A DNA stretch of 24,000 nt from an uncultured Prevotella sp. (GTDB taxonomy: Bacteria > Bacteroidota > Bacteroidia > Bacteroidales > Bacteroidaceae): assembly GCA_900314935.1 (NCBI GenBank), contig OMXE01000009.1:44345-68344 (forward strand). Direction: 5' to 3'. Under the pieces are notes generated by a model. It was given only the letters and a program-made list of their open reading frames with translations. It was not told the DNA's origin and searched no databases. A program made the position numbers and the translations under genes. This document shows positions 23,822 to 24,000 of this stretch, piece after piece. Each line of letters begins with the position of its first letter. Positions within the stretch are counted from its first letter, which is position 1.

Positions 23822-24000
23822 CGAATAAACGAGGGAAGTACAAAATAAAAAACATTTATTTTTACTTCCGAGTGAGAGTATCTTCGGCAAAGCCAATGTT
23901 ACGAATAAACGAGGGAAGTACAAAATAAAAAACATTTATTTTTACTTCCGAGTGAGAGTATCTTCGGCAAAGCCAATGTTACGAATAAACGAGGGAAATG
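23821..24000. repeat. 80-bp tandem repeat, at least 2.25 identical copies, continuing past the window edge
   Basis: The unit ACGAATAAACGAGGGAAGTACAAAATAAAAAACATTTATTTTTACTTCCGAGTGAGAGTATCTTCGGCAAAGCCAATGTT starts at 23821, 23901 and 23981. Each unit carries a 15-bp-stem hairpin with one bulge: GGAAGTA-c-AAAATAAA, loop AAACA, TTTATTTT-TACTTCC (for example 23834-23869). Confidence 0.9.

Noticed and set aside
23821-24000. Possible CRISPR array.
   Set aside because: The full 80-bp period repeats identically, so there are no unique spacers. No cas genes are present in the window.
1-24000. I looked for tRNA/rRNA/tmRNA/RNase P signatures, riboswitch-like leaders, integrase/transposase ORFs, cas genes, gasdermin-like proteins and NTPase (P-loop GxxxxGK[ST]) sensors.
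   Set aside because: I could recognise none by eye in any listed ORF or intergenic region. Absence is provisional without covariance-model and profile searches.

Overview
The window looks like a Bacteroidota chromosome segment, probably Prevotella or another Bacteroidales. This is inferred from TAnnTTTG -7 boxes upstream of several starts, signal peptides ending in AQ, and Bacteroidales-typical DUF families.

**1-9006, core block.** This block is GC-richer (34/60 GC hand-counted at 2401-2460). Six tightly packed minus-strand genes run cysE, THUMP RNA methyltransferase, DPP-IV peptidase, purD, a polytopic membrane protein and a YqaA-like protein. A plus-strand NrtR-like Nudix protein and a secreted esterase follow.

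**About 9007-22920, accessory island.** This block is AT-rich (21/60 GC at 10621-10680, 23/60 at 18001-18060). I found no integrase, transposase, tRNA, cas gene or CRISPR in it. It contains:
- a DUF1810 plus 110-aa cassette bracketed by two diverged copies of a short basic ORF;
- a divergent orphan pair of 469 aa (coiled coil) and 192 aa;
- the main candidate system: an operon of signal-peptide caspase (C14), ECF-type sigma, anti-sigma-like protein and an HExxH (ImmA/IrrE- or Lit-like) peptidase, converging with 3' overlap on a 1220-aa signal-peptide TPR-CHAT protein;
- a small secreted protein, a stand-alone LytTR protein, a secreted 214-aa protein and two DUF3791 genes.

**Right junction and end of window.** At the right junction lies an 832-bp non-coding element bounded by ~115-bp imperfect inverted repeats and packed with phased direct repeats. 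Core sequence resumes with a DUF3667 gene (30/60 GC at 23521-23580). The window ends inside an 80-bp tandem repeat.

All family assignments come from reading motifs by eye. No searches were run.
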